Part shown: positions 24,001 through 35,731 of the stretch, piece after piece
Layout: every line of letters starts with the position of its first letter
Numbering within the stretch: the first letter of the stretch is position 1
Assembly: GCA_002269645.1 (NCBI GenBank)
Contig: NIVC01002254.1
Coordinates: 73,868 to 137,867, forward strand
DNA length: 64,000 nucleotides
Source of the DNA: Macrostomum lignano
Lineage: Eukaryota
Direction of reading: 5' to 3'
The notes under the pieces: model-generated
Told to the model about the DNA's origin: nothing
What the model saw: only the letters and a program-made list of their open reading frames with translations
The model's database searches: none
Made by a program: the position numbers and the translations under genes

Positions 24001-24599
24001 CTCCATCTCATTATCGAATAAAGAGTGAAAAAATAAAATATCAAAATTATTAGATTCAAGTGGGAAAGCAACAGGCATTTATTGGGTTCTTGGAAAGAAA
24101 CTGTCAGTCTACGTCACTGATTATTTTACAAATATCGAGCCATATTTATTTATTTATAGACCCGTTATTCATAAACACAAAGAGTCATTTCAACTGACTG
24201 AAGCATTCAAACTGGCGTGCTTTTATGCGAAAAATGAAGACAGAAAGTTTTTTAAAGAACAAGCGACAGATTTCTTTTGATAGAAAATTGTTTATAATAC
24301 TCTAAAAAAATTTCGAAATTATCAGGGTCAAGTTTGTAAACAAAACTGAATACAAGCGTAATGTCAGTATTTATTTTCAATGTCAGATTCACATAGAATT
24401 AATGGGAACACATCAAAATGCGTGGCTAGATTCGTTTGGGGATTGCGTACTCACAGGGAGCAGAGAGTGCACATGCCTACGGAGCAGAGAGAAAGTCAAG
24501 TGAGCGCGTGCTCAGGGGTCTACGAAATTGGAATAAATGCACGAGCCCATGCGACTCTTCAATGCTGATAATGAGGTTGAAGAGGTCGCATAGCCAGAC

Positions 24600-25215
24600 T
24601 CCCTGGTGCTGGTGCTCCTGGTGCTGGCGCCCCTGGTGCTGGCGCCCCTGGTGCTGGCGCCCCTGGTGCTGGCGCCCCTGGTGCTGGCGCCCCTGGTGCT
24701 GGCGCCCCTGGTGCTGGCGCCCCTGGTGCTGGCGCCCCTGGTGCTGGCGCCCCTGGTGCTGGCGCCCCTGGTGCTGGCGCCCCTGGTGCTGGCGCCCCTG
24801 GTGCTGGCGCCCCTGGTGCTAAAGCCCCTGGTGCTGGCGCCCCTGGTGCTAAAGCCCCTGGTGCTAAAGCCCCTGGTGCTAAAGCCCCTGGTGCTAAAGC
24901 CCCTGGTGCTGGCGCCCCTGGTGCTAAAGCCCCTGGTGCTAAAGCCCCTGGTGCTGGCGCCCCTGGTGCTAAAGCCCCTGGTGCTAAAGCCCCTGGTGCT
25001 AAAGCCCCTGGTGCTAAAGCCCCTGGTGCTAAAGCCCCTGGTGCTGGCTCCATTGGTGCTAAAGCCCCTGGTGCTAAAGCCCCTGGTGCTAAAGCCCCTG
25101 GGTGCTAAAGCCCCTGGTGCTAAAGCCCCTGGGTGCTAAAGCCCCTGGTGCTAAAGCCCCTGGTGCTAAAGCCCCTGGTGCTGGCTCCATTGGTGCTAAA
25201 GCCCCTGGTGCTAAA
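24600..25215. repeat. 15-bp GC-rich minisatellite (GCCCCTGGTGCTGGC grading into GCCCCTGGTGCTAAA)
   Basis: Direct periodicity; lies just downstream of the DEG/ENaC stop codon. Confidence 0.93.
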
Positions 25216-25332
25216 GCAAAACAAATTCCCGAAAAGCACACTGGACGACAAAAGCATTGTATTTTATTAATAAAGAATCACAGTACAGTGCATAACAAGC
25301 AGACTCGCCATCACGCTGCATGTCAGCTGTCA

Positions 25333-28300
25333 TCAGTCGGCCCCCTGCTTCCTGAAGGCCACCATTGAGTCACCATTCTCTCCATCAGCGTCTCTGTCGT
25401 CTTGCCGTCTTCCGCCAGACGGTGCGCGCCTTCGCTGCCACCTGCTCCGAAGGTAATCTAGCAGGTTGAAGACCAGCTCGACCAGTTCGGCCACGCAGAT
25501 CAACGTGATGCCGCTGAACAGGGCCAGAGCTCCACCAATCTGACCAATCAGAGACGAGCTCTCCATCACCCAGTGCTCCTTCTGCTTCACGGCGTGATGC
25601 TTGGAGAAGCTGAGCACCAGAGTTAGAAAATTCTTCTCCAAATAGTCTGTGGAGTTGAGCCAGGCCTCGGCTTCGGCCATTCGATTCAGCTTCTTCATCT
25701 TCATCGCGTTAGCGTACGCTTCGAACGGCGCCGGGTCGCGTCTGTACAGCTCCGAGTTGAAGATGTACTCGCTGAATATCTCCAGCGCCGAGGACTTGGT
25801 GACACCGATCGAGGAGCTGTGAGCGACGGTGTGACGCACAAAAGTGCAGCTGCCTCGACATTCGTAGTTCTCGTTGAGTTTCGCCCGTTCCAGCAGGAAC
25901 TGCTTCACTTTCGGGTTCACGTGACGCCCGTCGTCGCCTTTGCTGTCCACATCAAGGATGCAGTGCAGTTGCTTGTAGTCCAACTGCGATGCGTTCAAAT
26001 CCTGACGCAGGCAGAGCGGGTAGCGGGACAGATCCTCTCCCCGCGGCACCCGCTGCGGCATGGTCTGGGTGCTGCAGCCGCACAGCTGTCTGTACAGATC
26101 CGTGATCTGGGTGAACTTGCACAGGTCCGGGTAGTACTTGCTCCGGTGGTACTGGCCGGCCAAGTAAAAATCCACGAATTCTTCAGCTGGCTTCGGCTCG
26201 CAGTCTTTGACGTGCAGCACCTGTTTCTGTTTCACGTGAATTATGTTCTGCGTGCCGGGCAGCACGAACAGGCCGTCCTCGATTTCAACCTGCAGGGTGG
26301 GAAGGAGAGTTAGCTAGCTACGAGTTAAAAGTTAGTTAAAGCTAGTTATGCCCTGTGAATGGATTACGCGCGCAGAATGTATTTTCTCGTAGTACGCGAC
26401 GATGCTAAATAGCGTTTGATATAGATTCCATGCGGATGTAGCGAAGAGGTGATAATGGTGTAAGGCGAATGGGATGAGGATTAGTTTCTTAGTTAGAGGC
26501 CGGGAGCTGAGCAGGCACACAAGCGCGCGGATACCTATGCAGTCATACGCACAGGCACACTCACACAGGAGTGTACAGCGGCCCTAACTTTATCGATCTT
26601 TAGACATATACACTTCACTGTGCCTTAAGCTGGGCGTTAATTGCACGAGCAGAGCCAAGCCGAGATTCCAATTTAGCCCCAAATCAATGTGACAGCACTT
26701 GGAATCGAGCCTGGGCCGCTGGCACATCAGAGCGCCGCGCTAGAGCACTGGGCTACGGCACCCGGATATGGGATGAGGATGGGACAGAGTAGCTTAAGCG
26801 GCCTCGCTAACCTTGGTTTGACTCTGTGCGTTGCCACATTAATTTGGGGCTTGTGGGTCGTCGTGACATTCACACCCACATGATTGCCAACCCCCAAGGC
26901 ACAGAGACTGTACATGCCAGACGATTTGTAAGCCAGAGGCTGCTGTACACCCTGTGTGAGTGTGTGCCTGTGCGTGTGACTGCGTGCAGCATTGGCGCTC
27001 TTGCATGTGCTCAGGATTGCATGTGCTCGCAGCCAAAAAAATACGCGTATTTGAGATGATGGATGCCAGAAGAATCCGATGAGGATATTTGTAGTAGAAA
27101 TCATAGGCGCCACATCAAGTTCTCTGATCAAAAAAACGTCAGATTTCAAGTACCGGATAGTCGTGATCGTGGTGCAGGTACAGTATGATGCCCTTGCGGA
27201 GCGTGGCCGGGTTCTCCAGCATGCAGTACCAGCAGTTGACATTGTCAGCCGGCGATCTCAGCAGCACGTGCAGCACCACCTTTTTCACCTGGCCGCCCCG
27301 CTTGAGTCGGACAGTTTGGCAGTGCGAGTAGCCGGGGATGTAGCGAAATTCCACCGAGGCAAAGTCCGGATCGTCAGAGCAGCGCTTCACCTGGTTGATG
27401 CTGTTGTTAACGTAGTGCACGTGACAGCTCTCCCGCATAATGAGGCTGTCGGCTTCCGTTAATTTGAGAACTTCGCTCATGTTTAAGTGATCGTGATAGA
27501 CTTGGGGCTCGAGCAGTTTGAAGAGAATATTTAATCTGTCTTCCTCGTCCAGCGAAGAGTTCTGAACTAGGTCGATTATTTTGTGCCTGAAAAGGGTAGG
27601 AAGGATTTTCTATTTTATAACTCGTCTACAAGAAATTTTTGGCTTCTTGAAAAAAATTAATTTCAATTGAAAATTAACCACATTGACTTGCGATAGAACA
27701 CCTTGGAGAACTAACGATGACAGATCCGGTAGAGACATTACAGGAGAATCAGGACCCGTCAAGTGTTCCCACTAATTAGAAACAACTGATGGAGGGACAA
27801 CCGGTGAAGGAAGAACCGGCAGAGGAAGAACCGGTAGAGGAAGAACCGGTAGAAGAAGATCCGGTAGAGGAAGATCCGGTAGAGGAAGATACGGTAGAGG
27901 AAGAACCGGTAGAGGAAGAACCGGTAGAGGAAGATCCGGTAGAGGAAGAACCGGTAGAGGAAGAACCTGATAGAGGAAGTTGCTAAGGTGAGAAACTGCC
28001 GAGCTCAACACGCTCACCTGTACGCATCTGGTGTGAGGTTGGTGTAATGCAGCATGACAGCGGAGATCGGCTTGAAATTGCAAATAGTGAAGGACGGAAA
28101 CGGCGGCAGTGGCTCCCACTTCATGTTGGAGAACATGGTGTCGCCGCGCATGTAGATGCTGACCGTCCCTGTGAGGTTCCACAGGAACAGGACGAACAGG
28201 ACCAACACTGAGGCAGTCCACAGGGTCTTGAGCAGTGGGCTGCGGCTTGAGAAGATTCTCGGAATTCCCCTGACCGTGGATCGGCGCAGACAGTCGGAGA

Positions 28301-28361
28301 AAATTGCGGCCAACGAGACGTCAGAGGCGCCGTCTTCAGAGGGCGGCTGCGCTGTGGCCAT
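25333..28361 (-). CDS. DEG/ENaC (ASIC/FaNaC superfamily) sodium channel subunit, about 577 aa; exons 28361-28018, 27586-27154, 26289-25333
   Basis: N-terminal STVRGIPRI, TM1 (LWTASVLVLFVLFLWNL), post-M1 FPSFTICN, palm motif LYLHHDHDYP|VEIEDGLFVLPG, Cys-rich thumb, NFLTLVLSF, and TM2 LIGQIGGALALFSGITLICVAELVELVF. Introns of phase 2 and 0 with GT-AG ends join in frame. Confidence 0.93.
26521..26765 (-). mobile_element. tRNA-derived SINE (family 2, copy A) in DEG/ENaC intron 2
   Basis: Minus strand has A-box-like GTAGCCCAGTGCTCTAGC and B-box-like GGCTCGATTCCA. The 3' body GGCACAG..GTGTA(C/T)ATGTCT..CTGTACAC..CTGTGTGAGTGTG is shared with 26787-27015 and 58775-58960. Confidence 0.68.
26787..27015 (+). 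mobile_element. SINE family 2, copy B (degenerate), head-to-head with copy A
   Basis: Shares CACATT(A/G)ATTTGGGGCT and the CTGTACACCCTGTGTGAGTGTG body with copies A and C. Confidence 0.62.
27800..27972. repeat. 15-bp purine-rich repeat (GGAAGAACCGGTAGA)n in DEG/ENaC intron 1
   Basis: Direct periodicity; same unit as 33060-33585. Confidence 0.88.
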
Positions 28362-28989
28362 GGCGGTAAAATGGAACAGGGATCATTCCCACTGCAAAGA
28401 AATTGGAGAGGGATTTAAATCCCCAAGCAAACGCGTCTCCCTTTCTCGATCCCCAGTTCAGACGGCAGCGCATTGGCTGTGAGCGGGGGGGTACTTTTGT
28501 CGAGTAATTTTTTAATGGCAGAGGCGCCGATACTGGCACTTAGCCGTCCATGGACTTCTACACTACGTACCTGGATGGGGAAAATATAATTGGGCGAAAA
28601 ACAAAAACACGTCTACGCTCGTAGCAAGAGGAGTCCATGGTTCTCGTTAAACTATTTTTACGATTTACGAGCGTAATGTCAGTCTCTTACTCCGCACGTC
28701 GTCGTTACTGATTGCAAAATCGGGCTGGTATCCCTTACTTAACTGATAGCAGCTGAGCTGGGGAGTAGCAGAGAAGCAGACAGGGTGTGAGTGCAAATTC
28801 ATTCCTGCATAACTGTCGCTGCATTGCAATGCGGAATTCCATCCCAGTCATCGTTATGGGGGCGCTCGGGGGTTTTTGCTAAAAAGTCAAAATGCACTTT
28901 TTTGGCGGTAAAATTCTAAGAGTCTGTCTGTCTGAGTCTGAGCATACAAATTCGGCAGTAATTGACGACTTAAATTGTTATTTGGAGGG

Positions 28990-29470
28990 GAATTCTCTCG
29001 AGGGGAATTCTCTTGTCACTCTAGAACACGCGAGGGAAATTCTCTTGTAACTCTAGAACACGCGAGAGGAATTCTCTTCTTGTCACTCTAGCCCACACGA
29101 GGGGAGTTATCTTGTCACTCTAGAATACATGAGGGGAATTTCTCTATTCACTCTAGTACACATGAGGGGAATTTATCTATTCACTCTAGCACACATGAGG
29201 GGAATTTCTCTATTCACTCTAGCACACATGAGGGGAATTTCTCTATTCACTCTAGCACACATGAGGGGAATTTCTCTATTCACTCTAGCACACATGAGGG
29301 GAATTTATCTATTCACTCTAGCACACATGAGGGGAATTTCTCTATTCACTCTAGTACACATGAGGGGAATTTCTCAATCCACTCTAGTACACATGAGGGG
29401 AATTTCTCTATTCACTCTAGCACACATGAGGGGAATTTCTCTATTCACTCTAGCACACATGAGTGGAATT
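28990..29470. repeat. 33-bp minisatellite (GAGGGGAATTTCTCTATTCACTCTAGCACACAT)n
   Basis: Direct periodicity; explains the MRGISLFTLAH ORF. Confidence 0.92.
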
Positions 29471-29929
29471 TCCGAAAACGATGTTTTAATTAGCTAAATG
29501 AATTATTGCACTGAAAAAAGATTTATCAGCTTGAAACAGCTTTAATTATAACAACTGCTATCAGACAGCAAGCTTTTAAATTGTATTCAATCAATTTTAT
29601 TTTATTTTGATTTTATATTTGTCCCTAGCAAACCTATTTTATTAATGAAGAGGGTATAACAATAGCATGATCAATAAGTAGGTACAACAGACAGAAAATA
29701 TGAAATACAATGTAAAGGGCAATAAAATAAGATTAATATTGTCATAATTCAGTTCTCCAACAAGCTGAAACTCAAAGGCAGCAGATCTTTTATTACAAGA
29801 TTATGTTGCGCATGCACTGTCAAATACAATTGCTGTAGTATAAATTTTTCAAACTTGCGGGCCAGACACCTATAAAGTGTTTCTATTTCGTTTATTTCCT
29901 AGGTCCCCTTCCTGAAACCCACCATGATT

Positions 29930-30912
29930 TTCAGCCCGATCCCGATCCTGATCTCATTTTGAATCACAACCCCTGATCCCAATCTTGATCCGCATCCAGA
30001 TCCCATCCTGATTCCATCCTGATCCCCATGATGCTCTCCATCCTGATCCCCATCCTGATCCCCACCCTGATCCCCACCCTGATCCCTATCCTGATCCCCA
30101 TCCTGATCCCTATCCTGATCCCCATCCTGATCCCCATCATGCTCTCCATCCTGATCCCCATCCTAATCCCCATCCTGATCACCATCCTGATCCCATCCTG
30201 ATTCCATCCTGATCCCCATCCTAATCCCCATTTTGATCCCATCCTGATCCCCACCCTGATCCCCATCATGCTCTCCATCCTGATCCCCATCCTAATCTCC
30301 ATTCTGATCCCCATCCTGATCACCATCCTGATCCCCATCCTGATCCCCATCCTGATCCCCATCCTGATCCCCATCCTGATCCCCATCCTGATCCCCATCC
30401 TGATCACCATCCTGATCCCCATCCTGATCCCCATCCTGATCCCCACCCTGATCTCTATCTTAGTCCTTATCCTGATCCCCACCCTGATCCCTATCTTAGT
30501 CCTTATCCTGATCCCCATCCTGATCCCCATCCTGATCCCCATCCTGATCCCCATCCTGATTCCCATCCTGATCCCCATCCTGATCCCCATCATGTTCCCC
30601 ATCCTGATCCCCATCCTGATTCCCACCCTGATCCCTATCTTAGTCCTTATCCTGATCCTCATCCTGATCCCTATCCTGATCCCCATTTTGATCTCCATCC
30701 TGCTCCCATCCTAATTCCTAATCTGATCCCAATCTTGATCCTCATCCTGATACCCATCCTGATCCCCATCCTGATCCCCATTTTGATCCCCATCCTGATA
30801 CCCATCCTGATCCCCATCCTGATCCCCATTTCGATCCCCATCCTGATCTTCATCTTGATCCACATCCTGATTTCCATCCTGATCCCCACCATGATCCCCA
30901 CCATGATCCCCA
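29930..30912. repeat. 12-bp repeat (ATCCTGATCCCC)n
   Basis: Direct periodicity; explains the ILIP and MGIR ORFs. Confidence 0.93.
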
Positions 30913-30987
30913 CTGTTCTACAGCAGAATCAGTCTAACTAAAACGCTCTTCATATCTTCATCGAAAAGAGTCCACGCCATCCCAGTA

Positions 30988-32464
30988 TCACCGGCCGCTG
31001 CAGACGTCTAGCTGGGGCATGTACAACCGCGGCATCTCCGGCGCCTGTTGCTGCAGCTGGTGATGAAACTGGTAGTGCTGGTGCTGCTGCAGCTGCTGAA
31101 GCTGCTGATGATGATGCTGCAGGTTGGAGTAGGGCGGATAAGCCGGAATTCGCTCCAGAATCCGAGTCAGCTGACCAGGCAGGTGCGGCTCGCGCCAAGC
31201 GCACAGCGTAGCCTCCTCGGTGCGCCTCATCAGCGCGGCTTTGGGGGTCTCACCCCGACGATTCAGGGCGTACATTCCGTCTGCTCCACTCGGGTAGGTG
31301 CGAAACACCTCGTCTAAGGTGCTGTCTATGATTTTGGGACTGGCCTTGGACATGGCGAAGTGCAAGTGGTTGCACCTGTCTGCCAAACTGCCGCACAGGT
31401 GGTGCAACTGGGCTCCGTGGGAGATTAGCACGGATATGAGGTTAGAGTACTGCTCGGTGAGTAGGCAGATGGAGAGCGGAGTCTGGGTGGTTGGGAGGAG
31501 AGATATTTCGTTGCTTTGTCATTCGTCTCCATGTCACTCCGTCTCAATGTCACTCCGTCTCAATGTCACTCCGTCTCAATGTCACTCCGTCTCAATGTCA
31601 CTCCGTCTCAATGTCACTCCGTCTCAATGTCACTCCGTCTCAATGTCACTCCGTCTCAATGTCACTCCGTCTCAATGTCACTCCGTCTCAATGTCACTCC
31701 GTCTCAATGTCACTCCGTCTCAATGTCACTCCGTCTCAATGTCACTCCGTCTCAATGTTACTCCATCTCAGTGCCAGTCTCACTCTGACATACTGACATA
31801 AATTCACAATGTCACTCCATCACAGCGTCAGTACGATGCCATGTCACTCACGCAGCCGCAGCGGTTGGCCAGGTTGATGTAGCTGCCCAAGTAACCAACC
31901 GAGGCCAGGTCAGACAGAAGTCGGCACAGAGTGTCAGCCGTCTGCGAAGGCTTAGATCGACTTTCGGGCGACTCTAACAGCCGGTGAATTGGCCTGGTTA
32001 TTGATAAATTTATTGAAGCGTGACATTTTCATTCTACTGTTGCCAATTCATTGGCATTTTAATCATCGGTAATGTCACTCCATCCAGATGTCACTCTATC
32101 TAGATGTCACTCTATCCAGATGTCACTATCCAGATGTCACTATCCAGATGTCACCTGATGGTGTTCTATCAGTATGTCACTCAGATGTCACAGTTTAGAC
32201 TTGTAAGCTTCAATTCAGTGCCAAGCTATGCTCACTCTGACCCAACACTCACGTGTTCAGCGTGTCCTGATCGATGGCAAACTCTGCTGGCCTTCGCATC
32301 TGCAGGTGCAGCCGCAGCCGCTCTCGCGTCAACTCCTGGCACGAGCCGGAGACCCTCTGCTGCTGGTGCCCCGGCTCACTGCAGTCGCTGTTCGTCCCCA
32401 GCTGCTTGAAATTCAAGGCGCTGCACCGCTGTGAACCTCTTGTAGAAGCTGACGCTGCTGACAT
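30988..32464 (-). CDS. Ankyrin-repeat protein with a Gln/His-rich tail, about 282 aa; exons 32464-32253, 31993-31852, 31482-30988
   Basis: Two GTGAGT donors and two CAG acceptors (phases 2 and 0) join to give ankyrin-like segments LNT|PIHRLL, YINLANRCGC|TPLSICLLTEQYSNLISVLISHGAQ and ALNRRGETPKAAL. GC-rich codon usage. Confidence 0.78.
31520..31770. repeat. 16-bp minisatellite (ATGTCACTCCGTCTCA)n in ankyrin gene intron 2
   Basis: Direct periodicity, about 15 units. Confidence 0.95.
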
Positions 32465-33059
32465 GATTCAATAGTAGATTTTGGAATCTTTCCTGCTGCA
32501 TTCGAAGCGATCCCGGCAGCTTTGATCCGCGCGCTACATAACACAGAGTCGGAGCGGTATCACGTGACTAAGATTGCCCCCAGCCAATGAGAGTCTGGCC
32601 CTCATCCTCCAGCATCCTTATTATTATTAGTAATGTGCGGAGAAAGTGTTTACAAACTAAACTCCACTGCCATTCGCAAATTTAGTCTAAGCAGGAAAAG
32701 TTAGAAGCTTCCGATTCCATGCGCCAGACAGATTCAGGAAATTGAAAAGCTGATTGATAAAAATAGTAGCAAAAATTGTTTCTGGACAAGAATTGTTTAC
32801 AGGGACTGAACAATTATGACTGAGTTTGGTAGCTGAGTTTACATCGTCAGTCGTTGATCGCTTGCCGCTCCAACTGACACAAACAGCATTGGTAGGCAGA
32901 GCTGCATTCTGCCATGTCCTTAAGTAGCATTTCAGGTAGAAATTTCTAAATAAGGAAATAAAATGGAGCGAAATATGGAATATAAGCTTGCCCGATCGAT
33001 ACAGAACTGGTGTACATGTGCATATAGAAAGAAGCAATGCAGGAAGAGCTGCTGCAGGA

Positions 33060-33585
33060 ATTACCGGTAGTGGAAGAACCGGTGATAGAGGAGCCGGTGA
33101 TATAGGAATCGGTGATAGAGGAACCGGTGATAGAGGAGCCGGTGATAGAGGAGCCGGTGATAGAGGAGCCGGTGATAGAGGAGCCGGTGATAGAGGAGCC
33201 GGTGATAGAGGAGCCGGTGATAGAGGAGCCGGTGATAGAGGAGCCGGTGATAGAGGAGCCGGTGATAGAGGAGCCGGTGATAGAAGAACCAGTAATAGAG
33301 GAACCGGTGGTTGGACAGGTGATAGAATTGGTGATAATGATGGTAGCAAGAACCTGTAAAGGAAGAACCGGTAGAGGAAGAAACGGGTAGAAGAAGGACC
33401 GGTAGAGGAAGAACCGGTAGAGGAAGAACTGGTAGAGGAAGAACCGGGGAAGGAAGAACCGGTAGAGGAAGAACCGGTAGAGGAAGAACCGGTAGAGGAA
33501 GAACCGGTAGAGGAAGAACCAGTGAAGGAAGTACCGGGGAAGGAAGAACCGGTAGAGGAAGAACTGGGGAAGGAAGAACCGGTGC
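33060..33585. repeat. 15-bp repeats (GAGGAGCCGGTGATA)n and (GGAAGAACCGGTAGA)n
   Basis: Direct periodicity; explains the IEEPV and GAGDR ORFs. Confidence 0.9.
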
Positions 33586-34599
33586 GATGTGACAATATTG
33601 CATTTGGGACGCTCCGTTTAACAACCGATTTGTAAATAAAGAAATTTGAAAGTGCACCCTACTATCAGTAGAGCAAGGTGTGTATGAATTCAAAATGGAC
33701 AGATTCTGAAAAACATCTCTGGCATACCTCCAGCTGCAAGATGCGCGAGAGAACTATTTTTCAGTAGCAAAAAAACTGTTGCTAATTTTTGAGAAGCATC
33801 TGCCACCCATTCGGGGAGTAGTGGAGTTGCAGAGGATCCGCGGGAACTCTTCAGAAAGATGCGCTTTGCTTGCTGACGACAGGAAGCGAAAGAGAAGAGC
33901 TCCGGGCCGAGTCGGAGTAGCCAGGTGAAGGCAGTGGATTAGGCGAATCGAGTGGCTGGAGTGATTGATGCTGGCTGCAGGTGTATCAAATTCCTTTCTT
34001 TTTGCCCCCTGAAGAGTGTCGAAGCAATTTTCTCTCAGCATCCCAGCATCTAATCTGCATCTGTTCCTGGGCGGAAACTTTGAGAGCTCAAACTGAATAA
34101 GGGATTGGGGATGTTTTCCGCCACACCTGCTCTAGCAGAGTAGCTGACAGGCGCATTGCAGCAAATCCCTGTTCCTTTGCCTGTGCTGCGATCTCTCTGA
34201 TCTCTCTCTGATCTATCCGTCTCAAGGAGAAGCTGTTTTCTCTTTCACAGCCGTCACTAAAGCAATCTGCAGTGACTGAGCTGGGGCGTGATTTTTTGCT
34301 CTAAGGCGACGCGGCAGCTGCGTTGATTAGGAGAATCCCCTCACCCACGGTTGACTAGGAAGCTGCATCCTACATTAGTAGATCCCCACGGCGGTTTCCA
34401 AGAAAGCCAGGACTCTAAGAGACTATAGCTCCCAGAAAGCATTCTACAGTATTGACAGAAAAAGAACTTTTTTGTCGTAGAGATCTGGAAAAGCTGTAAC
34501 TACTAGGCCGAAAATATGGAATGATTGATCTCCTTGGATAGATAGAATAAAGCTAAGAGGGACAAAATATAGATAGAGTGGGAGAGAGATACAACGGGA

Positions 34600-35070
34600 G
34601 AGAAAAATAACAAGAGGGAGATAAAACGGGATAGAGATAGAACAGATCGGGAGAGAGATAGAACGGGAGGGAGATAGAGTGGGAGGGAGATAGAACGGGA
34701 GAGAGATAGAAGGGAAGAGAGATAGAACGGGAGAACGGGAGAGAGATAGAACGGGAGATAGATAGAACGGGAGGGAGATAGAACGGGAGGGAGATAGAAC
34801 GGGAGGGAGATAGAACGGGAGGGAGATAGAACGGGAGGGAGATAGAACGGGAGGGAGATAGAACGGGAGGGAGATAGAACGGGAGGGAGATAGAACGGGA
34901 GATAGATAGAACGGGAGATAGATAGAACGGGAGGTAGATAGAACGGGAGGGAGATAGAACGGGAGATAGATAGAACGGGAGGGAGATAGAACGGGAGAGA
35001 GATAGAACGGGAGGGAGATAGAACGGGAGGGAGATAGAACGGGAGGGAGATAGAACGGCAGGGAGATAAG
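34600..35070. repeat. 16-bp purine-rich repeat (GGGAGGGAGATAGAAC)n
   Basis: Direct periodicity. Confidence 0.9.
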
Positions 35071-35692
35071 ACTAGTGAGAGATATAACGAGAGGACAGAG
35101 ACTAATAGTGGGAGATTTTCAAAACGGGAGAGACAAAAGACAGAAACACAGAAATAGAACACTGAGGATGATGGACAGAAGAGATGACAGAGAAATTTAT
35201 TGAAGAAAGTTATAGGAGGAGCTTCAAACAGAGAAAAAGATTGACAGGTTTAGAGAATGAACAGAAAAATCGCTGAAAAAAGCAAGGCAAAAATAGCAAT
35301 CTGCTCGTACAAAAAGTAGTCAAAAAGAGCAGCCTGAGACCACTATCGAATTTCTAAAGCACAACCGCTGGCTTCAGAAATATGCAGCAATGGAGACTGA
35401 ACTGCATTTGGAGTGGCGCTCTCGTCAACAGCAGATATTTATGAGCATAGCCCATACGAGCTCAAATCCATAGCCTCAATCAGAGTCAGTAATCGCACTC
35501 GATCCCTGGCTGCTAGGGGGATGGTAGGGTGGAGCAATCTGTCACGCAAAGACCATCTGTCCCTGCGTTGTTCTGTCTCTGCCCGCCAGGGAGTATCACA
35601 GATAGTTATCTGGAGTGACAATATAACATTACTATAGAATTATCATTACAGAAATGAAGGCCAACACCAACATATAAGTAAATTATTATTAT

Positions 35693-35731
35693 AGCCAACG
35701 CGTTTCGACACAAGCGGTCATCTTCAGAGCT
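35693..35731 (-). ncRNA. Minimal type I hammerhead-ribozyme motif of the kind associated with Penelope-like elements
   Basis: Minus strand reads AGCT-CTGAAGA-T-GAC CGCTTGT GTC-GAA-ACGCGT-T-GGCT: core CUGANGA and GAAA, 3-bp stem II, palindromic stem III ACGCGT, 4-bp stem I. Confidence 0.62.

Noticed and set aside
24559-25368. Collagen/elastin-like APGAP and LAPLV ORFs
   Set aside because: 5-residue period rather than Gly-X-Y, no signal peptide, and all frames derive from one 15-bp repeat that has frameshifting extra G bases near 25100.
25819-28539. ORFs 25819-26313(+), 27079-27462(+), 28156-28482(+), 27772-28221(-)
   Set aside because: Shadows of DEG/ENaC exons or of the intronic 15-bp repeat.
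33719-33927. Open + segment LAYLQLQDAREN...RKRKRRAPGRVGVAR with a possible AG|GTGAAG donor
   Set aside because: No start codon or convincing partner exons and no recognisable homology; left unannotated.
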